Of a stretch of DNA of 39,588 nt, positions 10,764 to 23,081 are shown one piece after another (position 1 is the first letter of the stretch; each line of letters opens with the position of its first letter). The DNA is taken from the NCBI RefSeq assembly GCF_001194135.2, contig NC_069001.1, forward strand, positions 20,936,275 to 20,975,862. The letters run 5' to 3'. The position numbers and the translations under genes were made by a program. The notes beneath the pieces were generated by a model. It made no database searches. It saw nothing but the letters and a program-made list of their open reading frames with translations, and was not told where the DNA came from. This DNA comes from Octopus bimaculoides (Eukaryota).

Positions 10764-13156
10764 CATGCATAAGCAACCTACGGCCTGCGGGCCAGATTTG
10801 GCCCACAAAGCCTTGTTTTCTGGCCCGCAGAGACCTGTAACAGTATGGCCGTGAAGTGGTTAATTTTCTAGTCTGGCTGACTCGTAGAGTAAATAGGCAA
10901 AAACAAAACAAGCTTTCGTGGAGTGCACTGTAGGAAAAATTCTAGGAAATGTGAAAGGACTAAATCTGTAGAATTAAAATAGAGGAAGTGAAACTCATGT
11001 TTCCTCCAAAAAGAGACAGGAAACATCAATAATAAATTAAACTAATCGTAAGCCTTACTAGTCAGTGAGTAGCTAACTTTCAATCTGTAAGTTTATTTCT
11101 TCTTGACACAAGTGAATGATCAACATTTCATTCACGCACTCACTCAACTCTCTCAAAACCAAGAACCAGTTTAGTGAACGACCAAGCCTATTAATATGCT
11201 AATATGCAAAGGCCAGAAATAACTCCACTTAAATGCATTTATCCAAACAATTGACTATTGATAATATCAGCCATGCACTACATACTACTTCATTCTTATT
11301 CCTCTGATTAAGTATGTATTTTCCTTATATAAAGTTCATATTTCACACCCCAGCATGTGCTCTGTTATTTATCACCACTATCTATATCTTTGCCTCGAAT
11401 TATTCAACCCTAAAATGTCGTCATCAAGAAAGAGAAAAGGGGATAACAAATCTCAAGTGTTCCAAGAAAAGTGGATCAATGATTATTTTTTCATACAAAT
11501 CAAACATAAACCAATGTGTTTACTCTGCTCAGAATCAGTTTCTGTCATTAAAGAATATAATGTAAAAAGACACTCATCTCATTATGAAAGCTTTCAAGGT
11601 CAACGTAGGAAACAAAAAGTTGAAAATTTAATAAAAGATTTGAAAGAGTAGCACACAATTTTTGTCAAGAGACGTGAAGATAGCAAAAATATTATTCATG
11701 CTAGTTATATCATTAGCGAGAAAACTGCAAAACATTCGAAAAATTATTCTGATGGTGAATTTGTAAAAGAACACCTACAAGCAGTAGCTGAAATTTTTTG
11801 TTCGGGTAAAAAAAAAAGAAATTGATAATATTAGTTTGTCTTGTAGAACTGTAACAAGGTAGACTGACGAACTTGCAACTAATGTAGACTTGGGCATGAA
11901 AAGACTTTCTTCGCATTTTAAATATTTTTCCTTAGCTATTGATGAGAACACTGACATGTCAAATACAGCCCAACTTGCAATTTTTGTATGTGGAATTGAT
12001 GAAGATTTAAATATCAGGATATTTTTCAAGAATTGAAAATGTTATTGGCCAGATTTAATTTACATTTCAAAAACCTTCATGGTTTATCAACAGATGGTGC
12101 TCCTGTGGTGGTTGGTAGTAAAGCAGGCTTAGTTTCTAAAATCAGATCGGAATTGGCTTCTATGAATATAGACACAAAAGATTTATCCATTTTTCATTGC
12201 ATAATTCACCAGGAGAATTTGTTGCGCCAAGTCACTCAAATTTGAACATGTCATGTCCAAGGTTGTTTCGAGTATAAATTTTATAGAATCTCGAGCTTTG
12301 AACCACCGCCAGTTTAAAGAATTTCTTGAGGATATCGAGGCAGAGTATGGAGATTTGGTTTACTATTGTGAGATGGAATGGTTGAGCAAAGGAAAAATGT
12401 TGAAATGATTTTATGATCTGAGGAGTGAATTTTTTACATACATAGAAATGAAAGGAAAGTCTGTGCCCTAATTGAGTGATGATGGTTGGATATGTGATCT
12501 TGCTTTTCTTGTTGACTTTATTTCATATCTTAATGACCTTAATTTGAAATTGCAAGGAGAAGGCCAATTCATTCATCAGTTGTACAGTCATATCAAAACA
12601 TTTCAAACAAAATGCAACTGTGGGAACAACATCTCAGAAATTGTAATACATTCCATTTCCTAACATTGGCAATTCATGGCAAAATCAATTGTACTTCTTA
12701 TGCAGATGAGGTAAAATTGATCAATGAAAAATTCAATAATAGATTTCAAGATTTCATTATCACAAGAAACATATCTATGTATATTTTCTTCACCTTTTGA
12801 TATCAATATTAACCAAGCTCCCGAGGAATTACAGATGGAATTAATTGAACTTCAAGGGAATGAAGATTTAAAACAGGAAATGAGAGATCGTTCACTAATA
12901 GAGTTTTATAAAAGCCTATCTAGAGAAAATTTCCCCTTGATCGTGGATTTTGCTAGAAAGAAAATGTTACTCTTTAGGAGCACATATAAATGTGAGCAGC
13001 TATTCTCAAAAATGAATTCTACTAAATCCAAAGCAAGATCAAGAATAACTGATAATCATCTTGAAAATAACTTGAGAGTAGCCACTGCTAACATTTCTTC
13101 AAACATCGAGATGTTGGTGAAGAAACATCAACCCCAAATATCCCATTTAAATAATG
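10764..13156 (+). mobile_element. Decayed hAT transposon, Buster/SPIN-like (GTF2IRD2-type transposase); right TIR not found
   Basis: Left end catgcataagcaacctacggcctgcgggccagatttggccc. Transposase pieces 11415-13155: KRK..FQEKWINDYFF..KPMCLLC, FSLAIDENTD, STDGAP, HCIIHQENL, WICDLAFLVD, STYKCEQLFSKM. Confidence 0.9.
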
Positions 13157-13260
13157 TTTCATGGCTATTTTCTCCCTACAAGAATGAATAAATTATTTTA
13201 CTGATTCAACTACATTTGTTTTATATTAATAATTTGTTTTGTTCTTACCCTTATTTTATT

Positions 13261-14410
13261 ATCTGAGATGGGAGGAAAACGTGGCCAGTCACAGAATCTC
13301 ATGGAAGGAACTTTGGGCTTGGGAACAAGCAAGAACAGCCTTCCTGATCAAGTCTACCTTCGACGTTCTACCCTCACCGGCGGACTTAGTTCGATGGAAC
13401 ATAAAAACAACCGATGAATGTGGATGCGGGGAGAAAGCGACGGTGAGACACGTTCTGTCAAGCTGCAGACTAGCACTGGAAAGGTATACATGGCGCCATA
13501 ATCAAGTCCTTGGCGTCATAAGTGCAGAACTCAAGGAGAAGATCGAGGGATACAACAGAGGAGAGTACCCCAAAGTGGAAAAGCGCAGGAAAATATACTT
13601 CCAGAAGGAGGGGAAAGGATATAAGATCAGGCCTCCNNNNNNNNNNNNNNNNNNNNNNNNNNNNNNNNNNNNNNNNNNNNNNNNNNNNNNNNNNNNNNNN
13701 NNNNNNNNNNNNNNNNNNNNNNNNNNNNNNNNNNNNNNNNNNNNNNNNNNNNNNNNNNNNNNNNNNNNNNNNNNNNNNNNNNNNNNNNNNNNNNNNNNNN
13801 NNNNNNNNNNNNNNNNNNNNNNNNNNNNNNNNNNNNNNNNNNNNNNNNNNNNNNNNNNNNNNNNNNNNNNNNNNNNNNNNNNNNNNNNNNNNNNNNNNNN
13901 NNNNNNNNNNNNNNNNNNNNNNNNNNNNNNNNNNNNNNNNNNNNNNNNNNNNNNNNNNNNNNNNNNNNNNNNNNNNNNNNNNNNNNNNNNNNNNNNNNNN
14001 NNNNNNNNNNNNNNNNNNNNNNNNNNNNNNNNNNNNNNNNNNNNNNNNNNNNNNNNNNNNNNNNNNNNNNNNNAAATTTAGACAGTGTCACGTGACAACT
14101 AGCTGGGGCTGCCTGCTGGAGCCTAGCAGCAGATATAAAAAGGGGAACTTGACATGACGATCAGTCGGACGCTGACACTCGTTGATGCTGCATCAAAGAG
14201 GCCAGGGAATAGAAGAAAGAAGACATACACCCAACCCCAGAGTTGAAGACACCTCTGAAAGGAGGGGCCCCGCCACGTCAAAACGGTAGAGGAGTAGGGG
14301 CCGAAACTGGACGTGGTTCCTCCTGATGATGTCTTGAGCTAACTGGATCCTATAAAGGAGCTGTTGTGGTAGCAGACCACGAAACATGGTTGAAATTCCT
14401 CCAGTAAATT
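13261..14410 (+). mobile_element. 5'-truncated RLE-type non-LTR retrotransposon, HERO-like; endonuclease probably inside the 437-N gap
   Basis: Stop-free, GC-richer ORF with FDVLPSP..L.RW...C.CG...T..HVLSSC..AL.RYTWRHNQVL (CCHC knuckle). The post-gap GC-rich 14074-14410 is inferred to be the 3' UTR. Confidence 0.75.
13637..14073. other. Assembly gap (437 N)
   Basis: N run. Confidence 1.
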
Positions 14411-14429
14411 AAATTTTTGCTTTTGCAAA

Positions 14430-16440
14430 AAACATGACAAAACCAAGTAAAACACCACAACCAAAATGCAAAGTCCATCAAGCAAACATCAACAGGAACA
14501 TAAATCATAAACAGAGATAAATCCATTTTTTAATGTCAGGACAACAAAAACCAGAGAAAGAAAAATCCAAGAGGAAACACACCCAAAACAACCGAATGTA
14601 TTGATCCTAAAATAATTAATTTATCCAAAAGAGATCTTGACAATGATGAAATCTAACTTCTGTCAAAAGGACTGAAATTCACACCTACATCAACAGTCAT
14701 CCAGAAATTCTGTTGTAAGTTACAACTTATAGAATTCTTCACTAATAAAAGTAATGAGATTGATGAACCCCTAGTAAAGTATAAATCAAATTTCACTCCA
14801 CCAAAAGTAAGAAATAACTATCTTAACCAATACATTGGTATCCTGTCTAAATTTCCCCTTAGACACAATACTAATGTTAGGCTAAACATTAACAAATCAG
14901 AGATGTCTGCACTTAAAATGTATACAAAACAATCAAACAATAATAATTAAACAAGCAGATAAATTGGGTGCAATTGTTCCGAATACTTCAAGGATTTGGT
15001 TGAGGACCAACTGAAGGACACAACCTTCTATTGTGAAATACCTTCAAATATAGACCACCACATCATGAAGAAGATCAACAACCTGGTTTCAAAATACTAC
15101 AACTCACTGATAATGAAAGAGACTACATCACCAATTTCATGCAACTTCTACGGTTTACCGAATATACATAAGACAAAAGATATTCAACATGCAGTAAAAG
15201 AACAAGAAAGTGAGTACATAAAATTACTATATCCCAAAGACTTAAAACATCAACCTATTATAGATGGTCCAGCATGCCCTACCCACTGTCTAAGCAAGTT
15301 TATTGACATTGTTTTGAAACTGCTATGTACCTACATACTCAGTTTCATCCATGATGACATTGACTTCCTGTCCCATCTTCCTAAAATATTTTAATTCAGT
15401 TTTGATGTAAGCCTTTACACCAATATTCCACATGATTTAGGAATAAAGGTGATTAAATACTGGGTAGAAAAACAGAAGTGATTCCCAACAGATTCACAGT
15501 GCCATTTATATTAGACACAGACTTATTCTGGAAAACAGCACATTCTTCTTTAATGGAAAGAATTACATCCAAATTAAAGATGGGAACGAGGTTTGTTCCC
15601 ATTTGCATGAACTCTGCTGTGGAATATTTAGAAGAACAACACAACCAAGAAGTAGAGAAAAGCTATAGCACCGAATTTTGAAAGTATATTGAAAAACCAT
15701 GGAAGAGATACCTTGATGACTGTTTCATTGTCTGAACAGACTCTAAATTCTCTGGAAGAGTTCACTATCCTCTTGAACAACGTACTCTCATCTCTTCAGT
15801 TTACAAAGAAGATGAGTAGTCCCAAATTACCATTCCTAGACATAATGGTAATTAAAAAAGACACCACCATTACCACAGATATATACTTTAAACATACAGA
15901 CATACATCAATAACTGAATTTTAAGTCGTGCCATCCACCACATTCAAAATACAACATCCCATACAGCTTAGCCAGAGGAATTTGTACAATTGTAGAAGAT
16001 GCAAATATCAGGAATAAACACCTAACAGAACTAATAGAATTTTTGCTCAAAATACCCCTCTCAATAACAGAAAATGGCATACAGTAGGCTATAAAAGTAC
16101 CCGTACAGCAACTTAGGACAACCCAAAGAAGAAAAGAAGGACAAGTCATACCATTTATAGTAACACACAATCCATGTAACCAGAATATCTTCACCATTGC
16201 CAAAGCAAACTTACCAATCATTGCTCAAAGTAATGAATTAAAAGATATAATCACAGATCGAGCAATGGTTTTTAGTAAAAGACAGTTTAAAAACTTGAAA
16301 AAATTATTAACAAAGGCAAAGTTTGATCTTAATAACAAAGGCAAATCATTCATTGTATCTAAATGCAATGATAGCCGATGTGGCACATGCCAATATATAC
16401 CAGCCAATATATGACCACAAAATCCGGAAAAATATTCACA
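14430..16440 (+). mobile_element. Decayed Penelope-like element (N-terminus and RT; resembles Neptune group, clade tentative)
   Basis: LLSKGLKFTP, KQADKLGAIV, FYGLPNIHK, SFDVSLYTNIPH, WKRYLDDCF, LPFLDIMV, CHPPHSKYNIPYSLAR, KCNDSRCGTC; many frameshifts. Confidence 0.9.
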
Positions 16441-16456
16441 AACGTAAGCATAAGAG

Positions 16457-16490
16457 TGGCTGTGTGGTAAGTAGCTTGCTTACCAATCAC
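16457..16490 (+). mobile_element. SINE family A head fragment
   Basis: ggctgtgtggtaagtagcttgcttaccaatcac; matches the heads at 21960-21986 (minus) and 35390. Confidence 0.6.
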
Positions 16491-16773
16491 ATTATTATTA
16501 TTATTATTATCATTATTATAATTATCATTATTCAGGTCACTGCTTGGAATTGAACTCGGAATCTTGGAGTTAGTTGCCTGCGCTCTTAACCACTATGCCA
16601 TATGACCTGACTAATAATAATAATAATAATAATAATCGAAAAATACCTAAGGAATGAGAACCCAGGTTCGTAATTTCCCTAAGACACCTGATAAAGGCTG
16701 GAGGGTATATCAGCTGAAACGTGTTAACAACAAACGAGATGAGGACAAATATCTGTCAAATATAAATAATGTA
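16491..16773. mobile_element. SINE family E (tRNA head + (AAT)n + hammerhead body), head inverted relative to body
   Basis: Minus-strand tRNA-like head 16535-16607 (A box tggcatagtggttaag, B box gagttcaattcc, acceptor ggtcat/gtgacc). Plus-strand body 16603-16773 is homologous to 27020-27179. Confidence 0.85.
16683..16725 (+). ncRNA. Hammerhead remnant in SINE E (probably inactive)
   Basis: gacac CTGATAA a ggctg-gagggtatat-cagct GAAA cgtgtt. G8 is changed to A and 2 nt are missing at the cleavage site. Confidence 0.55.
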
Positions 16774-17082
16774 AATTATAATAAAGGTGATGATAATGGT
16801 GATGATGATAATTGAAAGGAAAAAATCCCTGGGAAATGTTTACAACATTTCTAAAAATAACCAGACAGTTACTGCTTTGGCCAGGGTCAAAATACAGGTC
16901 TCTTGACGCCTAAACCAAACACTAATGAACTGAAATAATTTAGTGAAGCCACACACTGATTGGTCAGAATACAGTTTGCAAAACTTAACATTCTGGAGCC
17001 TACACAAATGTATTTAAGGCACACATTTGAGCCATCTCACTACAGTTGTAAATTGTAAAACATAACTGTCGCCACTACTATA

Positions 17083-17127
17083 TGAACCTGAAGATTGCAT
17101 AAGTTAATGCATGAAAGTACTAGTTCA
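17083..17127 (+). ncRNA. Minimal type I hammerhead ribozyme (core intact, palindromic helix III)
   Basis: tgaac CTGAAGA t tgcat-aagtta-atgca t GAAA GTAC TA^ gttca. Perfect 5-bp helix I, 5-bp helix II behind a U.U closing pair, AGTACT palindrome. Predicted cleavage after 17122. Confidence 0.8.
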
Positions 17128-18224
17128 ATCAGAATGGACATTTAATAATTCTATCATTTCATTATATTATATTATCTCATATTATATTATTATAAAATTG
17201 TAAATAAAATGTGAAAATCAGACAAAGTTAGAATTCCTTTGATTAATATTATCTTCTATACACAGCTATACACACCCATATATATATGTATGATGCATCA
17301 ATGTGGTCCATGTCAATTTGTACATGTATATACAGTGAGTATAAACTGACATATACCACAACGATCACCTTTGGGATATATTCAAGCAGGATCACATTCA
17401 CTACACCTATACAGCCTCACATGTGCCTATTTTACAAAGTTGTAAGAAAACCAGTGGAGGAATCAAAATTTAAATTAAACATACAATGACAAAGTTCAGA
17501 ACGGATATTTCTATCATCCTATATAAGCAACCTCATTTCAAAACAAATTATTGGTTATTCTCAAACAGGAAAAATGTAGTTGATATAAAAAAACAAACAA
17601 AACAATTAGCAATATTGCTGAAAACGTGTGAGAAATATGGTATAAGGACATTTCAATAGGAAAAAACAAATCCAGACTTTGTGTCAATGGAAACAGTTGT
17701 TTCTTGATGAATAAGCTGTGAATTCTGATAAGGACCCCCCAACAACTATGATATGCAAGTGAATGTACTTATACATGTCACAAGGACAAAAACCATAAAC
17801 CAAAACATGTATAATATAAATTCCCTCAACTACATTTTAAATTAAAATGCTAGTGAAAAAAAAAATACTGAAGTGGATCATTTTCAAGATCTAGACAAAG
17901 CTTGCCTGTATGAAAAGACACTCTAGAAATAAACATTACATTGTTTTCTAAAGTAGTTAGAGGCTTCTCAAAATGACAATATGTTTAAAATCCAAAACAA
18001 GACAAAGAATACAATGATAAACAATAAACAAAATGTTCGGATTAACAAGCAAAAATCATGATCATCATCATCATTATCAGCAGCAGCAGCAACAATAACA
18101 ACAGCAACAAATGTTAAACAAAGAAGAATTCATTTTTTTTTTTAGTGTTGAGACAATAAGCAGTATGACAATAGTAAGACAACAATAATCAAAAGAAAGG
18201 AAGAAACATCTAAAATGATTGTCA

Positions 18225-18600
18225 AAAAGGAATTCTGATAATAAACTTCTTTTGGCAAAGGGAATAAAATCAATAACAAGACTATGAAAGTGAAGAAGAT
18301 GAATCTCCTATAAGAAGCATATCAAAATCCCCTGTCTACAAGGAAGAAATCCTTTTCTAGACCAATATGCCAATATCCTTTCCAAATTCCTACTTAAATA
18401 GAATAGTTAGCCAAAATATCACCAATTTGGAAAAGTCTGCTCTTAAATGCCTCGGAAACAATAAAACAATAGTTACCAAACAAGTAGATAAAGATGGGGC
18501 TATTGTCATAAAGGGTGCAGAATATTATTGGGGTGTATGAAGAACAACTGAAGGATACAACCATACTTTGAAAGTGTTCACAAAAGCAATCGACAAAATG
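18225..18600 (+). mobile_element. PLE N-terminal fragment related to the 14.7-15.0 kb segment
   Basis: RNPFLDQYANILSKF...NITNLEKSALKCLGNNKTIVTKQVDKDGAIVI...EQLKDTT. Confidence 0.7.
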
Positions 18601-18619
18601 ACAGCCTTTTCCCTCCAAT

Positions 18620-19640
18620 GTTTGTAGATGAAATATATGAGGTTGGAAGATATGCCTCAGATGTTTTGGGTCATGTGGTAATGTAATCTAGGTCAGGAGA
18701 TAATTATTATATTGTAGAAACAGGTGCTGCATCAATAGTGAGTGCATTTAAAAGTGCTGGCAGAGTACAAGGTCCACAACTGATCGAAGACTCTCAATTT
18801 AGGAAAGAAAAGTCACTTCTGTCACATTGGGATTTGACATCCAGATGAGCACTGCAGAGTTGGCAAAGCCAGAGGAATTGAGAAAATGGTTTGGCAGATT
18901 TAGTGTGTTTGAGGTAAAAGAAAGAGTAGTGGGGACAGAAGTGGAAGTCAGTAGGTTTGTACTGCACGGGGATGGAAAAGTGCTTATTATTATTAGTGAT
19001 GGAAATGTTGAGAAAACTAACAGGAATGTCATATACAGTAGAGGTAAACTCCAAGGCAGGGTGAAAAATATTAATTGCACTGTTGAATGGTGAGTGTGGT
19101 TGTACTGACACAGCTGTCAAAATAACAATCTTACAGTCCTGGGGAGATTTGCTTCTTAATGTGGCCTAAGAACAGGTTTGGCAACATTGGTACACATTTG
19201 GTTCCCATGGCAACTTCGCTGACTTTTTTTGTAAAACTTTCCAAAAGAGGGAAACCATTTAAAGGTTAGGATGAGTTCAGCAAACTGGTGGAGTGGTGGT
19301 GTTGGGTACAGGCTGGGGCAGCAGATTAGGAAGTGATTAAGGGCTAATAGGCTGCCTCTGTTGTTGGTGACCATGTAGGGTGGTATAATATCCATAGTGT
19401 AAAGAAGTTTTGAAGATCCAGACAGAAAAGATAATGAGTTGAGTAAGATTAGGGCGTGTTTGTTATATTTAATATGTGAAAGTAATGTATTTTATGAAGC
19501 TATGTAGAGAGTTCAACAGGCGGTTATAGCCAGAGATGATAGGGCAGGGATATTGTCTGGTTTGTGAAATTTGGGGACAAAGTAAATGTTGGAAGTTTGT
19601 GGTGTTGTTACAATGAGGTTAGTGGCAGAAGGTGGATGGA
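18620..19640 (-). mobile_element. Decayed Neptune-like PLE RT fragment
   Basis: IYFVPKFHKP, LYTMDI, FHPALEFT, FLNISI, VQYKPTDFH, PFSQFLWLCQLCS, TFKCTHY.CSTC. Confidence 0.85.
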
Positions 19641-19818
19641 AATGAACCCAACGACAAATTCACGTTTGTAAAAGTCTACTGTCTTTCTCTTTTGCTCTTG
19701 TGCTATGATACCTCTAAAGAAAAGTTTGAAACATGGGACAATCCACACAATTTGGCAATTTCATTGTATTCTTTTTGTTAATTTTTCTAAATAATACAAG
19801 TCTTGCTGAGGCAGATCT

Positions 19819-19943
<125 letters not shown>

Positions 19944-20030
19944 TCATACCCTCACCCTGCATATATATCCATTTAATGTAGACTGTCGGTAAAAAGAGTA
20001 CTCGATACCATAATAAAAATGAATAATATA

Positions 20031-21281
20031 CAGGGGTTGGACAAAAATGTTGAAAAAAACCTTAAAATTTCAAGCAAATTAATTTTAATATGGGATAGGA
20101 CTGACTTTGGCAGTAATTACAGCTGGAATTCTATGAGGTATGGACTCGTACAAAATTTGAATTGTTTCCAAAGGAATTTTTGTCCATTCTTCAGCTAAAA
20201 CAGTCTCCAGTTCTTGTAGTGATGATGGTGGAGGATAACGACTCCTTACTTGTTTTTCTAAAATGCACCATAAATGTTCAATAATATTGAGATCTAGGGA
20301 CTATGGTGGTCAGATAAGATGTTCACCTTCACTAAAATGTTCCTTGTGCTATTCAGTAACAACTTTAGCTGTGTGAATTGGTGCATTATCATCCTGAAAG
20401 ATTGCGTTTCCCTCCAGAAACAGTTTCACAACCATAGGATAAATTTGATCAGATAAAATGCTTAAATAGTCTTGACTACTAATTCTGCCATGAAGGAAAA
20501 CTACTAGGCCGGTGGATTTCCAAAATATAGCCCCCACCAGATCATTACAGGTCCTCCTCCATGTTTAACAGTTGGAAGAAGACAGTCTGGGTCAACTGCT
20601 TCTTTTGGTTGTCTCCACATGTATACATGGCCGGTGGTCGGAAATCGGGTAAAGGATGACTCGTCCGAGAAAATAACATTCTTCCACTGCTCTAGGGACC
20701 AATTCTGTAGGTTTTTACTCCACTCTAAATGCTTTACAACGTTTGTTTGTGAAAGTAGTGGTTTTCTGATTGCAGCCCTCCTGTGAAATCCGGCTTTGTA
20801 CAGCTCCTGGTAAACAGTTTTTGTGGAAACTGGGTTCTCAAGGTGGTCATTAAGCTCTGCAGTAATTTTGGGAGCTGTACTTTTGTGATCCTTCCTAAAA
20901 ATTTGCGTAAGAGTCTGACAATCCCTGTCTGAAAATTTTGGTTTTTCTACCTGAGTTTTGTTTCGACAAGGAGGTTTTCCCCTCTTTCTCAAAGGCTGTC
21001 ATTACTTTTGAGACAGTACTATTTGATACACCAAACATTTCAGCTGTTTTCATTACGCTAGCACCTAGCATACAAGTACAAACAATTTGACCTCTTTGAA
21101 AGTCCGATAGATCTGTTATTTAAATGAATTTTAATTAGCTTTTTCTGATATCTGAAAAGAAACAGCAATTTTAGCAAGACATATTAAGCAACACTTATAA
21201 TAAATCAAAATACATAAAAAAACAAGCTTTTGATGGTTTTATAGATATTTCAAAATTATGATGCTATGATGCTAACTCTTG
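20031..21281 (-). mobile_element. Decayed Tc1-family transposon
   Basis: TA + caggggttggacaaaa left end; degenerate right end. Minus translation LSDFQRGQIV, RKPLLS, WKNVIFSDESSF, TVKHGGGPVMIW, FQDDNAPIHTAK. Confidence 0.9.
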
Positions 21282-21306
21282 TATTTTATTTTGGTTGAGT
21301 CAGTCT

Positions 21307-21354
21307 CTTGCTACCCTGTGTTTCACCTGTGGCTGCACAGGATCTTCAGGCACG
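21307..21354 (-). ncRNA. Type I hammerhead ribozyme (core intact)
   Basis: Reverse complement: cgtgc CTGAAGA t cctgtg-cagc-cacagg t GAAA C-acagg-G TA^ gcaag. Helix II 6 bp, helix I 4/5 bp, helix III 2 bp. Confidence 0.75.
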
Positions 21355-21534
21355 TTATGTATCATAGACTTCCCATCCCACACACAAGTAGGAATGGATG
21401 GGCTCAACACACAACAGTTTTTACCATTCAGGTTTTGGCTCTTATTGTCAATCACATTAAACTCCTACCTTTGCATGGTCTCTTGGTGAACTTCTGGCTC
21501 AAGATCTTTGCACTGCTATATTTTTTGTTAAAAA

Positions 21535-21593
21535 TCATCATCATCATCATCATCATCATTATCATCATTTAATGTCCACCTTCCATGCCTGGC
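21535..21593 (-). mobile_element. SINE family B 3' end
   Basis: (atc)n-atttaatgtccaccttccatgc, antisense of the 3620-3656 tail. Confidence 0.65.
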
Positions 21594-21845
21594 AAAAATA
21601 AAAATAATATACCAAATATGGCAAGGTATGTTGAATAAAATCTGTTTCTTCTCTTTTCATGTAATAGTTCACTAATCATATTTATTATTAACTACCAATG
21701 TACCCCAGCATTAGCCAAGTGTTATGACCTACAACCACATTGCATTATTTGTTCCTTTGTTATGGGCAGATCGGCACACGAGGAGTATGAAGCAAACAAC
21801 TCTTTATAAACATGTTTCTCAGTTATTTTCTGATGAACAATGCTG

Positions 21846-21986
21846 CAGTTTCCGTCTACCAAATTCAGACACAAGTCTGTGGTTGGCCTAGGGCTATAGT
21901 AGAAAGCACATGCCCAAGGTATCATGCAAGGGGACTGAACATGGAACCATGTGGTTGGGAAGCAAACTTCTTAACCACACAGTCAT
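21846..21986 (-). mobile_element. SINE family A 5' half
   Basis: Reverse complement tgtgtggttaagaagtttgcttcccaaccacatggttcc..ttcagtccc...ctatagccctaggcc...ggtagacggaaactg. Confidence 0.8.
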
Positions 21987-22438
21987 TCTTGTACCTAATA
22001 TGTGTGTGTATGTGTGTATTTACATTTGTTGTTAAATCAAGTATTGTGTCCCTCTATGTCTCAAAGTTAGCAGTTCATCAAGCAGATATCTATAAAATAA
22101 ATGCCAGATTGAAATACATACTGATGTCAGTATGATCAATTACGTTTTTGAAGGTGATACCCCATCACGGCGACAGCCGAAAGACTAAACCCAGTAAAAT
22201 AATGTTTAAAGACTTAATGGCTTCAAATTTAAGGTAATAGATTACTAACCACAAGATAATGAGTTCGAAACTTTGTATTGAATTTCCACTCTATACGATA
22301 ATATTATATGTACATCTCAGTCTACTTGACTTCCAACAATTAACAATTGTAATTTGAAGTTGAAGGATTAGCAGTAAGAAAGCTGTCCAGATTTCTTAAA
22401 AATTATTGTGCAAAAAAAAGTATTTTTTTCACCCCAAC

Positions 22439-22440
<2 letters not shown>

Positions 22441-22490
<50 letters not shown>
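22441..22490. repeat. (CA)n microsatellite
   Basis: Direct reading. Confidence 0.95.
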
Positions 22491-22494
<4 letters not shown>

Positions 22495-23081
22495 GAGGTG
22501 TGTCTGTGGTAACTTGAGCTACTACAAAAAGCATCTCTTAAAACACATCCTTTCATCAAAACAAAAACACAGATTTACAGTATTTCAGGAAGAAAAAAAC
22601 CCCAAAAAATCTATGCGATAGGTCTGCTACACCAGAGGCAACTCTGGACTAAACAAAACACAGACAAACGTGCTTCACATTAAAAATTATCTACTAAATT
22701 ACTTCAGAGTTTCATTCCCTTGTAAAACTAAGATTGTTCAGGCAGAGTTGTTTCTCTTAGCTAATGACCTAAAACCGTGCAACTCAACCTTGTTTTCAAG
22801 GTTATTTTTGTAGTACAAAAAGACTTGTGCAAAAAACACTTTATTTGGTAGGCAAAAGATTACTGAATGTATTGATACCTCATATGTCAAAATCGGCAAC
22901 TAAGTTTTTGAATCCATAAGGAACACACACACACACACACANNNNNNNNNNCACACACACACACACACACGCGCGCGCACAAACTCTGTTTTATATATTA
23001 AGATTAGTACTTATATTCACACTATCTATGCTAGTCTAGTGTGTGTTTACACTCTAAATAACTTCTTTCTCTTTTCCAAAA

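Noticed and set aside
11355-13191. Domesticated GTF2IRD2/ZBED-type host gene
   Set aside because: Many stops and frameshifts and a retained TIR-like left end; it is a transposon fossil.
14286-14395. Hammerhead in the HERO-like 3' region (GTA, gagga/tcctc helix, CTGATGA at 14323, GAAAC at 14381)
   Set aside because: Helix II cannot close directly after A9 and helix III has only 2 bp over a long range; no consistent type I, II or III topology.
16535-16607. Functional tRNA gene (also 26905-27025 and 37540-37610)
   Set aside because: T and anticodon stems are mismatched, and each head is fused to a repeated SINE body.
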